In this document: piece by piece, positions 30,846 to 41,245 of the stretch
How positions within the stretch are numbered: the stretch's first letter is position 1
Layout of the letters: every line of letters starts with the position of its first letter
Source of the DNA: Thermoanaerobaculia bacterium
Lineage (GTDB): Bacteria > Acidobacteriota > Thermoanaerobaculia > Multivoradales > Multivoraceae
Reading direction: 5' to 3'
Assembly (NCBI GenBank): GCA_963664405.1
Contig: OY761158.1
Span: forward strand, 3,264,001-3,328,000
Length of the DNA: 64,000 nt
Translations under genes and position numbers: made by a program
Notes under the pieces: generated by a model
What the model was told of the DNA's origin: nothing
The model's database searches: none
What the model saw: only the letters and a program-made list of their open reading frames with translations

Positions 30846-32045
30846 CTGGAGCTGTTGGAGCTGGTCGGGCTGCAGAACGCCGAAGAACGGTTGAAGTCCT
30901 TCCCTCATCAACTGTCCGGCGGGCAACGTCAGCGAGTGATGATTGCGATGGCTCTGGCCAACGAGCCGGACCTTCTGATCGCCGACGAGCCGACCACGGC
31001 GCTGGATGTAACGATCCAAGCGCAGATTCTGAGCCTGATGAAGTCGCTTCAAGAGAAGCTCGGAATGGCAATGCTGCTGATTACTCATGATCTCGGCATT
31101 GTTCGCTTCATGGCGGAGCGCACCTACGTTATGGAAAGTGGCTTCCTCGTCGAGGAAGGCGAGACCCGCCAGCTCTTCAACTCGCCGCAGCATCCCTATA
31201 CGAGGAAGCTCTTGGACGCTGAGCCGAAAGGACTCTGCTCGATCCCTGACGGAGGCCGAATCCTGATCGAGACCAGGGACCTGGTGGTGAGATATCCGTT
31301 GGGTGGGTGGCCGAAGAAGAAGTTTCTGCGGGCGGTCGACGGAGTTTCGATTCAGGTACGCGAAGGCCACAGCCTCGGTGTTGTCGGCGAGTCCGGCAGC
31401 GGCAAGACCACACTCGGAATGGCGATGGTGCGGTTAATCGGAAGTCAGGGGGAGATCCTCTTTGACGGCAGAAACATCCAGGGGCTCAGCTACAGAGAAA
31501 CGAGGCCTCTTCGCAAGGAAATACAGATCGTCTTTCAGGATCCGTACGGCAGCCTCTCTCCGCGCCTGACCGTCCGTCAGATTATCGAAGAGGGCCTGGT
31601 GGTAAATATGCCCGAGCTCAGCGGAGAGAATCGCCGCCGGCGCGTGACCGAGATTCTTGGGGAAGTCGGTCTCCCGTCGGATATTCAGAAGCGATATCCG
31701 CATGAGTTTTCGGGGGGCCAGCGCCAACGAATTGCCATCGCCCGGGCGATGATTCTGAAACCACGCTTCGTCGTTCTCGACGAGCCGTCGTCTTCTCTGG
31801 ATATGACGGTCCAGGCACAGATCATCGAGCTGCTCAGAGAGCTTCAAGAGCGCCACGGCCTAACCTATTTGTTTATTAGCCACGATCTCAAAGTCGTGCG
31901 ATCGCTCTGTGACGAGATCGTTGTGATGAAAGACGGCAAGATCGTTGAACAAGGCGCGTCGGAACAGATCTATGCCGAGCCCAAGTACGAATACACGAAA
32001 GAGCTGATGCGCGCCGCTTTCGAGTTGGATGCCAGCCTGCAGTAA
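30839..32045 (+). pseudogene. YejF-like double-domain ABC ATPase lacking its N-terminal Walker A region
   Basis: Starts mid-domain at [30 protein letters not shown]; second domain has GESGSGKT and HEFSGGQRQR. Confidence 0.85.
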
Positions 32046-32071
32046 GTCAATTGTCGTGTAGAGAGGAGCTC

Positions 32072-32567
32072 ATGAGCGAAAATGTTTATTGGACCTGGGA
32101 GGCAGATATCAAGCCGGGCGAGGAGGAGGGGTTCAAGGCTCTCGCCGCACGATGGGAGGAAATCGCGGCAATGGACCCGAAAACGCTGTACAGTAACTGG
32201 ACCATCAGCGAAGATGGTAAATCGGTTCGGGTCGATCAGCGCTTCCTAGTGTCGTGTCCCGGAAATGCCTGCCTAATAGATCGAGGTCATTTCGTTCGCT
32301 GCCAAGGCGCGGCGAGGCAGGCATATTGGGAAATCTGTCGGCGAGGCGTAACGAAGGCAGCGAGCGAAAGGGGCCGAGCTATTGGGTAGGCATTTCTGGG
32401 ACACGACACTAGATTCGGCTGCGGCGATGGCGCAGTATCACGTGAATGACTGTTGGGGACAGCTGGATAATCACCTTCAGCCGACTTCGATGGTGATTTG
32501 TGGCGATTACAGAGAGGATCTAGACTGGCTGAGAACGCACGGTGCTCGGTTCATGAAGCTCGTGTAG
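32072..32567 (+). pseudogene. Small ABM-like (dimeric alpha/beta barrel) protein interrupted by a MITE
   Basis: Removing the 163-bp insert restores ..VDQRF-L-DSAAAMAQ.. in one frame; GGAG RBS before the ATG. Confidence 0.7.
32246..32412. mobile_element. Palindromic MITE-like element, type B, with CTAG duplication
   Basis: CTAG-TGTCGTGTCCCGGAAATGCCTGCCTAATAG ... CTATTGGGTAGGCATTTCTGGGACACGACA-CTAG; core resembles type A. Confidence 0.9.
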
Positions 32568-32621
32568 TCAGACCCTGCGGTCGATTTCGTCGAGATAACT
32601 TTGGCGCGGAAGGGGAGTTTG

Positions 32622-32981
32622 ATGGCCTGGAAAGAGTTGGACCTAGGTAACAAGTCGGCTAAAGAGCTTCTAGCTCTACAGAAGAAGGTCGCCGCAGCAC
32701 AGGCGAAAATGACGGCGAAGGGGAAGACAGCCCTTCTAAAGCGTTGGCGCTCCGAAGCGAAGAAGGCCGGATTCACTTTCGAGGAAGTGCTCGAAGCGGC
32801 TTCCAGAAGGGCGACTTCGAAGAGCAGGCGCACGAAGTCGAAGAGCAAAGGTGCGAAGGTTCCAATGAAGTACCGCAATCCGAAGGACGCAACAGAAGCG
32901 TGGTCGGGCCGTGGGCGGACGCCGCGTTGGATGCAGGCGCTCCTCACCAAAGGCAAGAAGAAAGAGGACTTTCTCATCTAG
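32622..32981 (+). CDS. hns: H-NS family nucleoid-associated protein
   Basis: C-terminal KYRNP..WSGRGRTPRW..EDFLI motif; N-terminal coiled-coil. Confidence 0.88.
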   Translation: MAWKELDLGNKSAKELLALQKKVAAAQAKMTAKGKTALLKRWRSEAKKAGFTFEEVLEAASRRATSKSRRTKSKSKGAKVPMKYRNPKDATEAWSGRGRTPRWMQALLTKGKKKEDFLI

Positions 32982-33143
32982 ACCAGCGTTTCCAAAGTTC
33001 GTGCTGCATAGCTCGAGGTCATTCTGTTCGCTGGCTAGGCGCGCTGACGCAGGCATATTGGGCAATATGTCGAGGAGGCGAAACGACGCCAGCGGGCAGA
33101 AGGGCCCGAGATATGTGCGCGAACTTTGGAAACACTGGTCTGG
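32978..33143 (+). mobile_element. Palindromic MITE-like element, type A
   Basis: CTAG-ACCAGCGTTTCCAAAGTTCG ... CGAACTTTGGAAACACTGGT-CTGG; inserted at the TAG stop of hns. Confidence 0.9.
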
Positions 33144-33301
33144 TCTGCGCGTCTGAATGAGGACTCCCGGCCTTCGCCTCTCTCGGGCTCTGAAGGGGGC
33201 GAGCATTCTGGCCCTCGCCTGCACGGCGCTGGTCTGGGGTGCGTTGCTGGCGTCGGTGTGGAGGTCGGGCGAGCTGGTCGGGCGCTCCTCGCGGCGCACT
33301 C

Positions 33302-34555
33302 TCAGCTGCCGAAATCCCAGCCTTCGCCGCGGTGATAGTTCTTGAGCACGTTCTTGGCGATGAGGATCTTGTGAACCTCGTCGGGACCGTCGGCGATGCG
33401 CAGAGTCCTGGCTCCCAGGTACATCCCGGCCAGGGGTAGGTCGCCGGAGACGCCGGCCGCTCCCCAGACCTGGATGGCGCGGTCGACCACCCGGTGATAG
33501 GCCGCCGGGACGAAGACCTTGATCGCCGAGATGTCGGTGCGCACGCTCTCTCCGAGCTCCATCCTCTCCGCCGTGTGCAGCGTCATCAGTCGCGCTGCCT
33601 GGATGTCGATATAGGAGTCGGCGATGAAGCCTTGGATGAACTGCTTGGTCTCGAGTCTGCCGCCATGGACGTCGCGAGTGGCGGCGCGATGCACCATCAG
33701 GTCGAAGGCCCGCCACATCTGGCCGATCGAGTTCATGCAGTGGTACACGCGGCCGGCGCCGAGACGGTCCTGGGCCGCCTGATGCCCCGATCCGGGTTGG
33801 CCGAGCTGGTTCTCGAGCGGAACCCGAACGTTGTCGTAGATGATCTCGCAATGATCGCTTGGGCGTCCCCAGACCGGCACTCCCCGCACGATATTCACCC
33901 CGGGTGTGTCGGTGGGCACGATGATCTGAGTCATCTGCGAGTTGCGACCCGTGGCCCCGCCCGCCTCGCCGGTGCGACACATCACGATCAGGAAGTCAGC
34001 CGCCTTGCCATTCGAAGTGAACCACTTGTGACCGTTGATCACCCACTCGTCACCGTCTTTTGTGGCGGAGGTCTTGAGCGAGCGAGGGTCCGACCCTGGG
34101 CTGTCGGGCTCGGTCATGGAGAAGCCGGACTGCATCTTGCCTTCGGTCAGCGGCACCAACCACTTCTTCTTCTGCTCTTCGGTGCCGTACTTGAGGAGGA
34201 TCTTCTGGTTCCCCGAGTTGGGAGCCACGACGCCGAAAAGTGCCGCGCCTCCGGAGCAGTAGGCCAGGATCTCATTCATGTAGGCGTGCTCCAGAAAGTC
34301 GAGCCCGCAACCGCCGTATTCGGGAGGAAGGTGGGGTGCCCACAGTCCGGCCTTCTTCACCCTGCCCTGGATCTGTTGTCTCAGCTCGTGAGCTTCCTTG
34401 GCTTGGCTCTCGCTGACGCCCTGTTGCCTCCATACCCAGATCCGGTTCTCGTTGGGCAGGATGTCCTGGTTGATGATCTCTGCCGTACTCATCCGAATGT
34501 CGTTGACTCGGTCGCTGAGACTGGCGATCGGCTTGACGTTCATGGCCGTATTCAT
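33302..34555 (-). CDS. Acyl-CoA dehydrogenase
   Basis: SGFSMTEP, INGHKWFTS, AQDRLGAGR, RIADGPDEVH. Confidence 0.93.
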   Translation of the reverse strand: MNTAMNVKPIASLSDRVNDIRMSTAEIINQDILPNENRIWVWRQQGVSESQAKEAHELRQQIQGRVKKAGLWAPHLPPEYGGCGLDFLEHAYMNEILAYCSGGAALFGVVAPNSGNQKILLKYGTEEQKKKWLVPLTEGKMQSGFSMTEPDSPGSDPRSLKTSATKDGDEWVINGHKWFTSNGKAADFLIVMCRTGEAGGATGRNSQMTQIIVPTDTPGVNIVRGVPVWGRPSDHCEIIYDNVRVPLENQLGQPGSGHQAAQDRLGAGRVYHCMNSIGQMWRAFDLMVHRAATRDVHGGRLETKQFIQGFIADSYIDIQAARLMTLHTAERMELGESVRTDISAIKVFVPAAYHRVVDRAIQVWGAAGVSGDLPLAGMYLGARTLRIADGPDEVHKILIAKNVLKNYHRGEGWDFGS

Positions 34556-34569
34556 CGAAGTCTCCGATC

Positions 34570-35709
34570 TCAGTAGCCTTGGATCTCGGCAAAGCGGTTG
34601 CGATGAAAAGCGGCGTCGCCGAAGGTCATCTCCGCCACCCGCGCCCGCTTCATGAAGAGGCCGATGTCGTGCTCGTCGGTCATGCCGATACCGCCGTGCA
34701 TCTGCAGGGCTTCGTTGGTGATCAGAATGTAGGCGTCCGAGCAGCGCGCCTTGGCGTTGGATACCTGCAAGCGCGCGTCGTCGTCGCCGGAGTCGACCGC
34801 ACGTGCGGCCGCCATCACCACCGATCGCGAGAGCTCCTTCTCGATGAACATCTTCGCCGCCCGGTGCTTGAGCGCCTGGAAGGTGCCGATCAGCACGCCG
34901 AACTGCTCGCGCTCGTTGAGATAAGCGACGGTGCGATCGAGAGCTTCGTTCATGCCCCCGAGCATCTCGCCGCAGAGTGCCACGGTGGCTCGGTCGGCGG
35001 CTGCGGTGAGCGTGTCGAGCCCGCCCCCGACTTCACCGATGACGTCGCCCTGGCCGACCTTGACGCCTTCGAGGCGCACGATTGCGGCATTGCGCGAGTC
35101 GACCCGGCTCTGTCGCACCGAGGAGACTCCTTGGCGATCGGCCGGCACTAGAAAGAGGGTGATGCCCGAGCTGTCTTTGGCGTCGCCTGCGGATCGCGAG
35201 GAGATGATCCAGCCGTCTGCCAGATGGCCGTCGATGACCTGGATCTTCTCGCCGTTGAGCTCCCACCCCTCCCCATTCGCGCTCGCCATCGTCTCGACGT
35301 GTGCGAGGTCGTAACGCGAGCCGCTCTCCTGATAGGCGACGGCAACCCGCTTCTCGCCGGTGATGGTGGGTTCCACCCAGGCGGCCTTCTGTTCGTCGTT
35401 GGCCTGGCCAAACAGGCTGCCGGCGAGGACGACTGCCGAGATATAGGGCTCCGGCGCCAACCCACGCCCGAGGGCTTCGGTGATGAGCACGACCTCGGCA
35501 AGGCCCAGTCCGAGGCCGCCATCGTCCTCGGCAAACGGGATTGCGGTCCATCCTAGGTCGGCCATTTCCTTCCATACCAGGGGCGAGTAGCCGAGCGCAT
35601 CGTCGGCTTCGCGCAACTCGCGTAGACGCAGGATCGCGTCGTTCTTGGTCATGAAATCAGCGGCGGTCTTTGCCAGCATCTGCTGGGCGCCATCGAGTAC
35701 GAGTTTCAT
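34570..35709 (-). CDS. Acyl-CoA dehydrogenase (probable non-catalytic partner subunit)
   Basis: REQFGVLIGTFQALKH, QMHGGIGMTDEHD. Confidence 0.92.
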   Translation of the reverse strand: MKLVLDGAQQMLAKTAADFMTKNDAILRLRELREADDALGYSPLVWKEMADLGWTAIPFAEDDGGLGLGLAEVVLITEALGRGLAPEPYISAVVLAGSLFGQANDEQKAAWVEPTITGEKRVAVAYQESGSRYDLAHVETMASANGEGWELNGEKIQVIDGHLADGWIISSRSAGDAKDSSGITLFLVPADRQGVSSVRQSRVDSRNAAIVRLEGVKVGQGDVIGEVGGGLDTLTAAADRATVALCGEMLGGMNEALDRTVAYLNEREQFGVLIGTFQALKHRAAKMFIEKELSRSVVMAAARAVDSGDDDARLQVSNAKARCSDAYILITNEALQMHGGIGMTDEHDIGLFMKRARVAEMTFGDAAFHRNRFAEIQGY

Positions 35710-35721
35710 ATTTTCACTTCC

Positions 35722-36906
35722 TCAATCGGGGAGATTCAGCACTCGCTTGGCGATGATGTTGAGTTGGATCTCCGAGGTGCCACCCTCGATGCTGTTTGCC
35801 CGCGAGCGCAGCCAGGTGCGTGTTTGGCGCAGCTCGCTGTTCTCGAAGCCCTCGCCCGTCCATCCCAGGGCCTGAGGCCCACGGATCGAGAGCATGAGCT
35901 CTTCCCGGCGCATGTTGAGCTCGGTGCCGTAGTACTTGAACATCGAGCTCTCCGGCCCGGGCTGATTCCCTGCCTCGAGCGAGTCGACGTGGCGCTTGGT
36001 GGTCGTGCCGAAAGACAATGCGTCCATCTCGTTCTGGATCACGCGATCGCGCAGCGCCGGCTCTGCAATGCGTCCATGCTCTTCGCCGACGTGCTTCTTT
36101 GCGAGGTTGGCGAGGAATGCGCGCTGGGCGCCTCCTCCCATGCCTCCGATGCTGCTTCGCTCGTGGCCGAGCAGGGCTTTGGCCACTGTCCAGCCGCTGT
36201 TGGCGTCGCCGATGACATTGGCCACCGGCACGCTCACGTTTTCGAAGAAGGTCTCACAGAAGGGCGACGCGCCCGAGATCAGGCGAATCGGCTTGGCCTG
36301 GACCCCTGGGCTCGTCATGTCGACCAGAATAAAGGTGATGCCGGCCTGCTTCTTCACCGACGGGTCGGTACGCACCAACATGAAGATCCAGTCGGCCTGG
36401 TCGGCGCCACTGGTCCAGATCTTCTGGCCGTTGATGATGTAGACGTCGCCATCGCGCACTGCGGAGGTCTGGAGCGATGCCAGGTCGGATCCGGAGTTGG
36501 GCTCCGAGTAGCCTTGACACCAGCGAATCTCGCCACTACAGATCTTGGGAATGTGCTCGCGCCTCTGCTCCTCGGTGCCGTATTGGAGCAGCGTCGGTCC
36601 GATCATGCTGGTGCCGAAGCCGCTCAGCGGAGGCGGCACACCCAGTCGGCGAATCTCTTCGCCGATGATCAGGGCCTCTTCCTTGCTGTGCCCGCCGCCG
36701 CCATACTCTCTGGGCCAGGCCGGGGCCGTCCACCCACGCGTCGCCGCGATCTCCATCCACTGCTTGGACTCGGGGTATCTGTAGACGGCCCTCTTACCGC
36801 CGCCGGGAAACGCCTCCTGTTCACCGGCCTTGCCGCGCATCAATGGGGGGACGTTCTCCTCCAGCCAGGCACGTGTCTCTTCGCGAAAGTTGTCGAGATC
36901 GGACAT
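35722..36906 (-). CDS. Acyl-CoA dehydrogenase
   Basis: WCQGYSEPNSGSDLASL, INGQKIWTS, IEGGTSEIQ. Confidence 0.93.
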   Translation of the reverse strand: MSDLDNFREETRAWLEENVPPLMRGKAGEQEAFPGGGKRAVYRYPESKQWMEIAATRGWTAPAWPREYGGGGHSKEEALIIGEEIRRLGVPPPLSGFGTSMIGPTLLQYGTEEQRREHIPKICSGEIRWCQGYSEPNSGSDLASLQTSAVRDGDVYIINGQKIWTSGADQADWIFMLVRTDPSVKKQAGITFILVDMTSPGVQAKPIRLISGASPFCETFFENVSVPVANVIGDANSGWTVAKALLGHERSSIGGMGGGAQRAFLANLAKKHVGEEHGRIAEPALRDRVIQNEMDALSFGTTTKRHVDSLEAGNQPGPESSMFKYYGTELNMRREELMLSIRGPQALGWTGEGFENSELRQTRTWLRSRANSIEGGTSEIQLNIIAKRVLNLPD

Positions 36907-37071
36907 CTTTTTCTACACCTCTTGCAGGAACGGCACCGGTTTTCGATGCCACCTTTTTCTCAAAACGCGGCAGAAGGGTAGCAGATTGAGCCCTCGAGAT
37001 CAGGGCGTCTGGCGCTTGTTCTGAATCTAGGCTCGAAAGGGTAGATTGGGCCCGAATGCGTCAGTTTCCTA

Positions 37072-37238
37072 CTAGTACATGGGGCCACAAGTACGGTTAC
37101 GTTTCGAACGTCGATGCGCCTCGCCAGCAAGGCGCGCGACTGAGGCGTACCTGGGAGTACGTCGCAAGGAGCGCAACGCCGCTGGAGAGGATGCAGCGTC
37201 GTTCCAAACGTGTACGTATTTGTGGCCGCATGTACTAG
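37072..37238. mobile_element. Palindromic MITE-like element, type C, with CTAG duplication
   Basis: CTAG-TACATGGGGCCACAAGTACG ... CGTATTTGTGGCCGCATGTA-CTAG; core CAAGGCGCGCGA..GTCG..GCAACG. Confidence 0.88.
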
Positions 37239-37261
37239 CGGTCCGTCGAGGAGGGCGAGGT

Positions 37262-38065
37262 ATGAAGACAATCTCTGAAGGTCTGGTGTTGGTCGAAGTA
37301 GAGGGCTCCAGCGCTTGTTTCGTCCTCAATCGGCCGCAGAAGAAGAACGCGATGACCAACGAGATGTTGTGGACCTTCCACGACTCGCTGCAGCAAGCGA
37401 TCGCGGACGATCGTGTGCGCACGATCCTGGTTCGGGGCGAGGGCCCCTGCTTCTCGTCGGGGCGTGATCTCAAGGAATTCACCGGCGAGGCGATGTTGCA
37501 GGACTCCTCGGTGGATCGATGTACTGAGCCCTTCCTTCGCACCCTGACTCTGTTGCTCGACTCTCCGAAGCCGACAGTGGCAGCCGTACATGGCTTTGCC
37601 CTCGGCGGCGGTCAGGCGCTCAGTCTGGCTTGCGATTTCGTTGTTGCCGAGCGTAGCGCTCAGTTCGGCAATGTGGAGATGGCATACGGCTTTCCGGCGG
37701 CTATGAACCTGGTGCTGCTTTCCAAGCACCTCGGCCGGCGCTTGGCATTGGAGATCGCCATGACGGGCGAGATCTATACCGCTGAGCGCTACTACGAGCT
37801 GGGTCTGATCAATCGTCTAGTTGAGGACGGGGGTCTGGACGAAGCCACTCGCGATTTCTCGAGCGTGCTCAACGCCCGTGAGCCCTGGGCGGTTCGTCGC
37901 ACCAAAGAGGCCTTCAGAGCCGCAGAGGAGGCGACCCTTTCGGCCGGCCTCCACATCGGAGATCAGCTCAACCAGCTGCTCCAGCTCGGCGGTCAGAGCC
38001 AGCGCTTTCACAGCGGCAGTGCCGACGTCAGGGGCGAGCTCAAGAAGGATCTTGGCGAAGACTGA
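37262..38065 (+). CDS. Enoyl-CoA hydratase/isomerase family protein
   Basis: LNRPQKKNAM, FSSGRDL, GFALGGG, LACDFV; GAGG before ATG at 37262. Confidence 0.9.
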   Translation: MKTISEGLVLVEVEGSSACFVLNRPQKKNAMTNEMLWTFHDSLQQAIADDRVRTILVRGEGPCFSSGRDLKEFTGEAMLQDSSVDRCTEPFLRTLTLLLDSPKPTVAAVHGFALGGGQALSLACDFVVAERSAQFGNVEMAYGFPAAMNLVLLSKHLGRRLALEIAMTGEIYTAERYYELGLINRLVEDGGLDEATRDFSSVLNAREPWAVRRTKEAFRAAEEATLSAGLHIGDQLNQLLQLGGQSQRFHSGSADVRGELKKDLGED

Positions 38066-38094
38066 CTCGCCGGCACGCTCTGTCCGATTCCAAG

Positions 38095-39153
38095 CTATTC
38101 CGCGGCCGGCGCGGCCGCCGGTTCGGGTTCGCGCGGACCGAGTAGGACCGCCCAGCAGCGGGTGCTCTCTCTCGACTCGAGTGCGAGTTTGATCGCCATC
38201 GTCAGAGGCACCGACAACAACATGCCGACAACGCCGAGAATCCAGCCCCAGAGAAAGATCGAGAAGAAAACGACCAGCGGCGAGAGTCCCATTCCTCCCC
38301 CCATTACCCTCGGCTCGATAAAGCCTCCGACAGTAGCGTTGATTACCAGATAGCCCAGAGCCACCAGGGCGGCGGTCCCCGGACCGAGCTGAAGGTAGGC
38401 GACGATCACCGCCGGAATCGCGGCAATGAACGAGCCGATATTCGGAATGAAGTTGAGCAGGAAAGCGACCAGGCCCCAGATGAGGGCGAAATCAACACCG
38501 AAGAGTCGGAGAAAGACGTAGACCGTGACACCGGTGAACAGACTGATGATCGTTTTGAGACCGAGATAGCGATTGAGTGAGCGATTCAGCGTCTGCAGCC
38601 GTTCCAGGGTTTCGTCGGAGCTCTTGAACGCGGCACGGACCTTACCCGGGAAGTGCGATGCTTCGAGCAGCATGAAGACCAGAGCAAAGAAGATGAGGAA
38701 TCCGCTGCCGAAGACACCACTGACCCCGGTCAGGAGGTTCCCGGCGAATCCAAGGGCCGCGCCCGGGTCGACCCATTTGACGATCTCGTCTCCGGAGATC
38801 GGGAGATCGCCGGAGTCGACGCGACCCAGGAGCGAGAGCAGATCATCGCGCAGACGCTCTTGGTAGATCGGAAGGCGAGAGAAGAAGGGACCCAGCGAGC
38901 CTGCCACCACCGAGACCAGGAAAGCGAGCGTGCTCCCCATTACCAGGACCACGACAGCGACCGCGACGGGAGAGGGGACTCGGAACCTGACCAGCCACCG
39001 GACAGGTCCGATCGCGATGCCGGCCAGAAACGCGGCGAGTAGAAAGGGCACGAGCACGACGCGCGCCTGTTGAAGACCGAGGATGATACCCACGATCGCC
39101 GCCGTGCCCAGGAGCGCGGTCAGCCAGCGCGGGAGCCCGATTTGCTGTGCCAC
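38095..39153 (-). CDS. AI-2E family transporter
   Basis: LLNFIPNIGS, IEPRVMG, LSPLVV, WGWILG, LSVPLT. Confidence 0.92.
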   Translation of the reverse strand: MAQQIGLPRWLTALLGTAAIVGIILGLQQARVVLVPFLLAAFLAGIAIGPVRWLVRFRVPSPVAVAVVVLVMGSTLAFLVSVVAGSLGPFFSRLPIYQERLRDDLLSLLGRVDSGDLPISGDEIVKWVDPGAALGFAGNLLTGVSGVFGSGFLIFFALVFMLLEASHFPGKVRAAFKSSDETLERLQTLNRSLNRYLGLKTIISLFTGVTVYVFLRLFGVDFALIWGLVAFLLNFIPNIGSFIAAIPAVIVAYLQLGPGTAALVALGYLVINATVGGFIEPRVMGGGMGLSPLVVFFSIFLWGWILGVVGMLLSVPLTMAIKLALESRESTRCWAVLLGPREPEPAAAPAAE

Positions 39154-41245
39154 GGTCGCAGTTTACATGCCAAGCGGTGAGTGCACCTCGATCGCTGCTA
39201 GCGGGGGGAGCGAGACCGGAGGTGTCAAGGAGCTGAGGTGCGCTTGTACTTACTTCAGTCGGGTAGGGCCAGGGCGATGAGCTCGGGCACCGAGCCGCGA
39301 GTCGTCAGGACGATGTACTGTCTTCCGTCGATCGAGTAGGTCATCGGCGTTCCCAGACCGGGAGCCGGTAGAGGCACCTCGCCGACGACCTCGCCGGTCT
39401 TCTTGTCGCGTGCGACCAGGAGTGGGCCGCGAGCTCCGGTCTGGTCCCACTGGCCTTGAATCAACAGGGTCTTGGTGAGCAGAGGGCCGGTGTAGGTGTC
39501 GCCGCCGAGAGGCGGGAGATCGAGGCCCGCGAGACGCGGGTGGTCACGTAGCTTTCCGCCGTCGCCGAGAGGCTGCATCCAGACCTTGTCGCCGGCGTTC
39601 ATGTTGTAGGCGGTCATGCTGGTGTAGGGCGGCTTCCAAAGCGGAAGATCTTCGGGCATCCGCGGCCGCGCGCCGAGACCACCGTGGGTAAAACGCAGAG
39701 TGCCGCCTTCTTCTTTGTTGGGGGTGTAGAAGGTGATCATCGACATCCGATTGCGAGAGGGCACGTAGAGCCAGCCGGTCTCGGGGTCGACGGCCGCTCC
39801 GTACCAGTTGGCGCCGCCTCCGGTACTGGGTCGGAAGAGCATTCCCTGTTTGCCCCCAGGAACCTTCAGCGTTGGCGGCGTGTAGAGCGGGCCGAGATCG
39901 AAGTCCTTCACCGCCTCGATCGCCATGGCTCGGATCTCGGGGGTGAAATCGACCAGGTCGTCGATAGCCGTTCCTTGCGCCTCGAAGGGCGGTGGCTTGC
40001 TGGGAAAGGGCTGCGTTGGCCAGGCGACGTCTCCCGGCATCGTAGCTGGGGGAACGGGTCGCTCGGGGATCGGCCACACCGGCTCGCCGGTGGCGCGATC
40101 GAATACGTAGACGAATCCCTGTTTAGTGGCCTGTGCCACCGCCTTGATCCGGCGCCCGTCGACCGTGATATCGATCAGATTTGGCGCTGACGCGAGATCG
40201 TAGTCCCAAAGTCCGTGGTGAACCATCTGGAAGTGCCAGACCTTCTCTCCGGTCATGACGTCGACGCACACCAGGCTCTCGGAGTAGAGATTGGCGCCCG
40301 GCCTATGGCCTCCCCAGAAGTCATTGGTGGCGGTCCCGATGGGAAGATAGACGTAGCCGAGCTCTTCGTCACCGCTCATGATCGACCACACATTGGCGTT
40401 GCCCGAGTACTTCCAGGAGTCGTCCTCCCAAGTCTCGACGCCCTCGTCACCCGCCTGCGGCACGGTGCGGAAGACCCATCGCATCGCACCTGTCTTAGCG
40501 TCCCAGCCACGCACCCAGCCGGGGATCGACTCCATGGTAATGCGGCGGTCCGCGATCGAGGCTCCCGTGATGACGACGTCGCGCACCACGATGGGCGGTG
40601 ACTGCATCGAGTAGAGAAGGGCGTTCAGGTAGTCCCGCTCGCCGCGGTTGGCCCGGGGTAGCCCCTCCATCAAGTCGACACGTCCATCGACTCCGAAGTC
40701 GGGGCATGGACGCCCGGTCTTGGCGTCGACGGCGAGCAGATAGCCGTCTCCGGTGCCCCAATAGATACGCTCGTCGTCACCGTCGCTCCACCGGGCGACG
40801 CCACGCTGGTTCCAGATCACGGTCATCGAAGTGGTGCCGCTCTCGTAACTCTTGGGGTTGTAGATCCACAGGGTTTCGCCTGTCGAGGCATCGACCGCGG
40901 CGCCCTGGGACAGCGGCGTATTGAGGAAGAGCCTGCCGTCGGCCATCAGCGGCGTCGCCTTGAGGTTGGTGATCATCGGGTTGCGGCCCGCACGCCAGAG
41001 CATTGGATCCTCACGCTCGAGCGCGGCGAAGATCTCTCTGCGGTCAGCCTGCCACTCGCCGCCGTCCTCCGACTTGGTGAGGAAGGCGTCGGCCGATCGC
41101 CAGCGCCACGCCACCTCGAGCTCTTCGAAGTTGGAGCGATCGATCTGGTCGAGGGCCGAGTACTTGGTGCTGCCGGTGTCGCCACCGTGGCTCGGCCACT
41201 GGTCGATGGGGGAGCCGTATTGGGCGCCGACACTCGTTGCGCTAA

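Noticed and set aside
32736-36981. Long alternative ORFs (32736..33980, 33494..34576, 35764..36981)
   Set aside because: Shadow or antisense frames of the acyl-CoA dehydrogenases, typical of GC-rich DNA, with no motifs.
37079-37261. 61-aa N-terminal extension on the enoyl-CoA hydratase
   Set aside because: It lies almost wholly within the type C MITE; an RBS-preceded ATG at 37262 fits the family.
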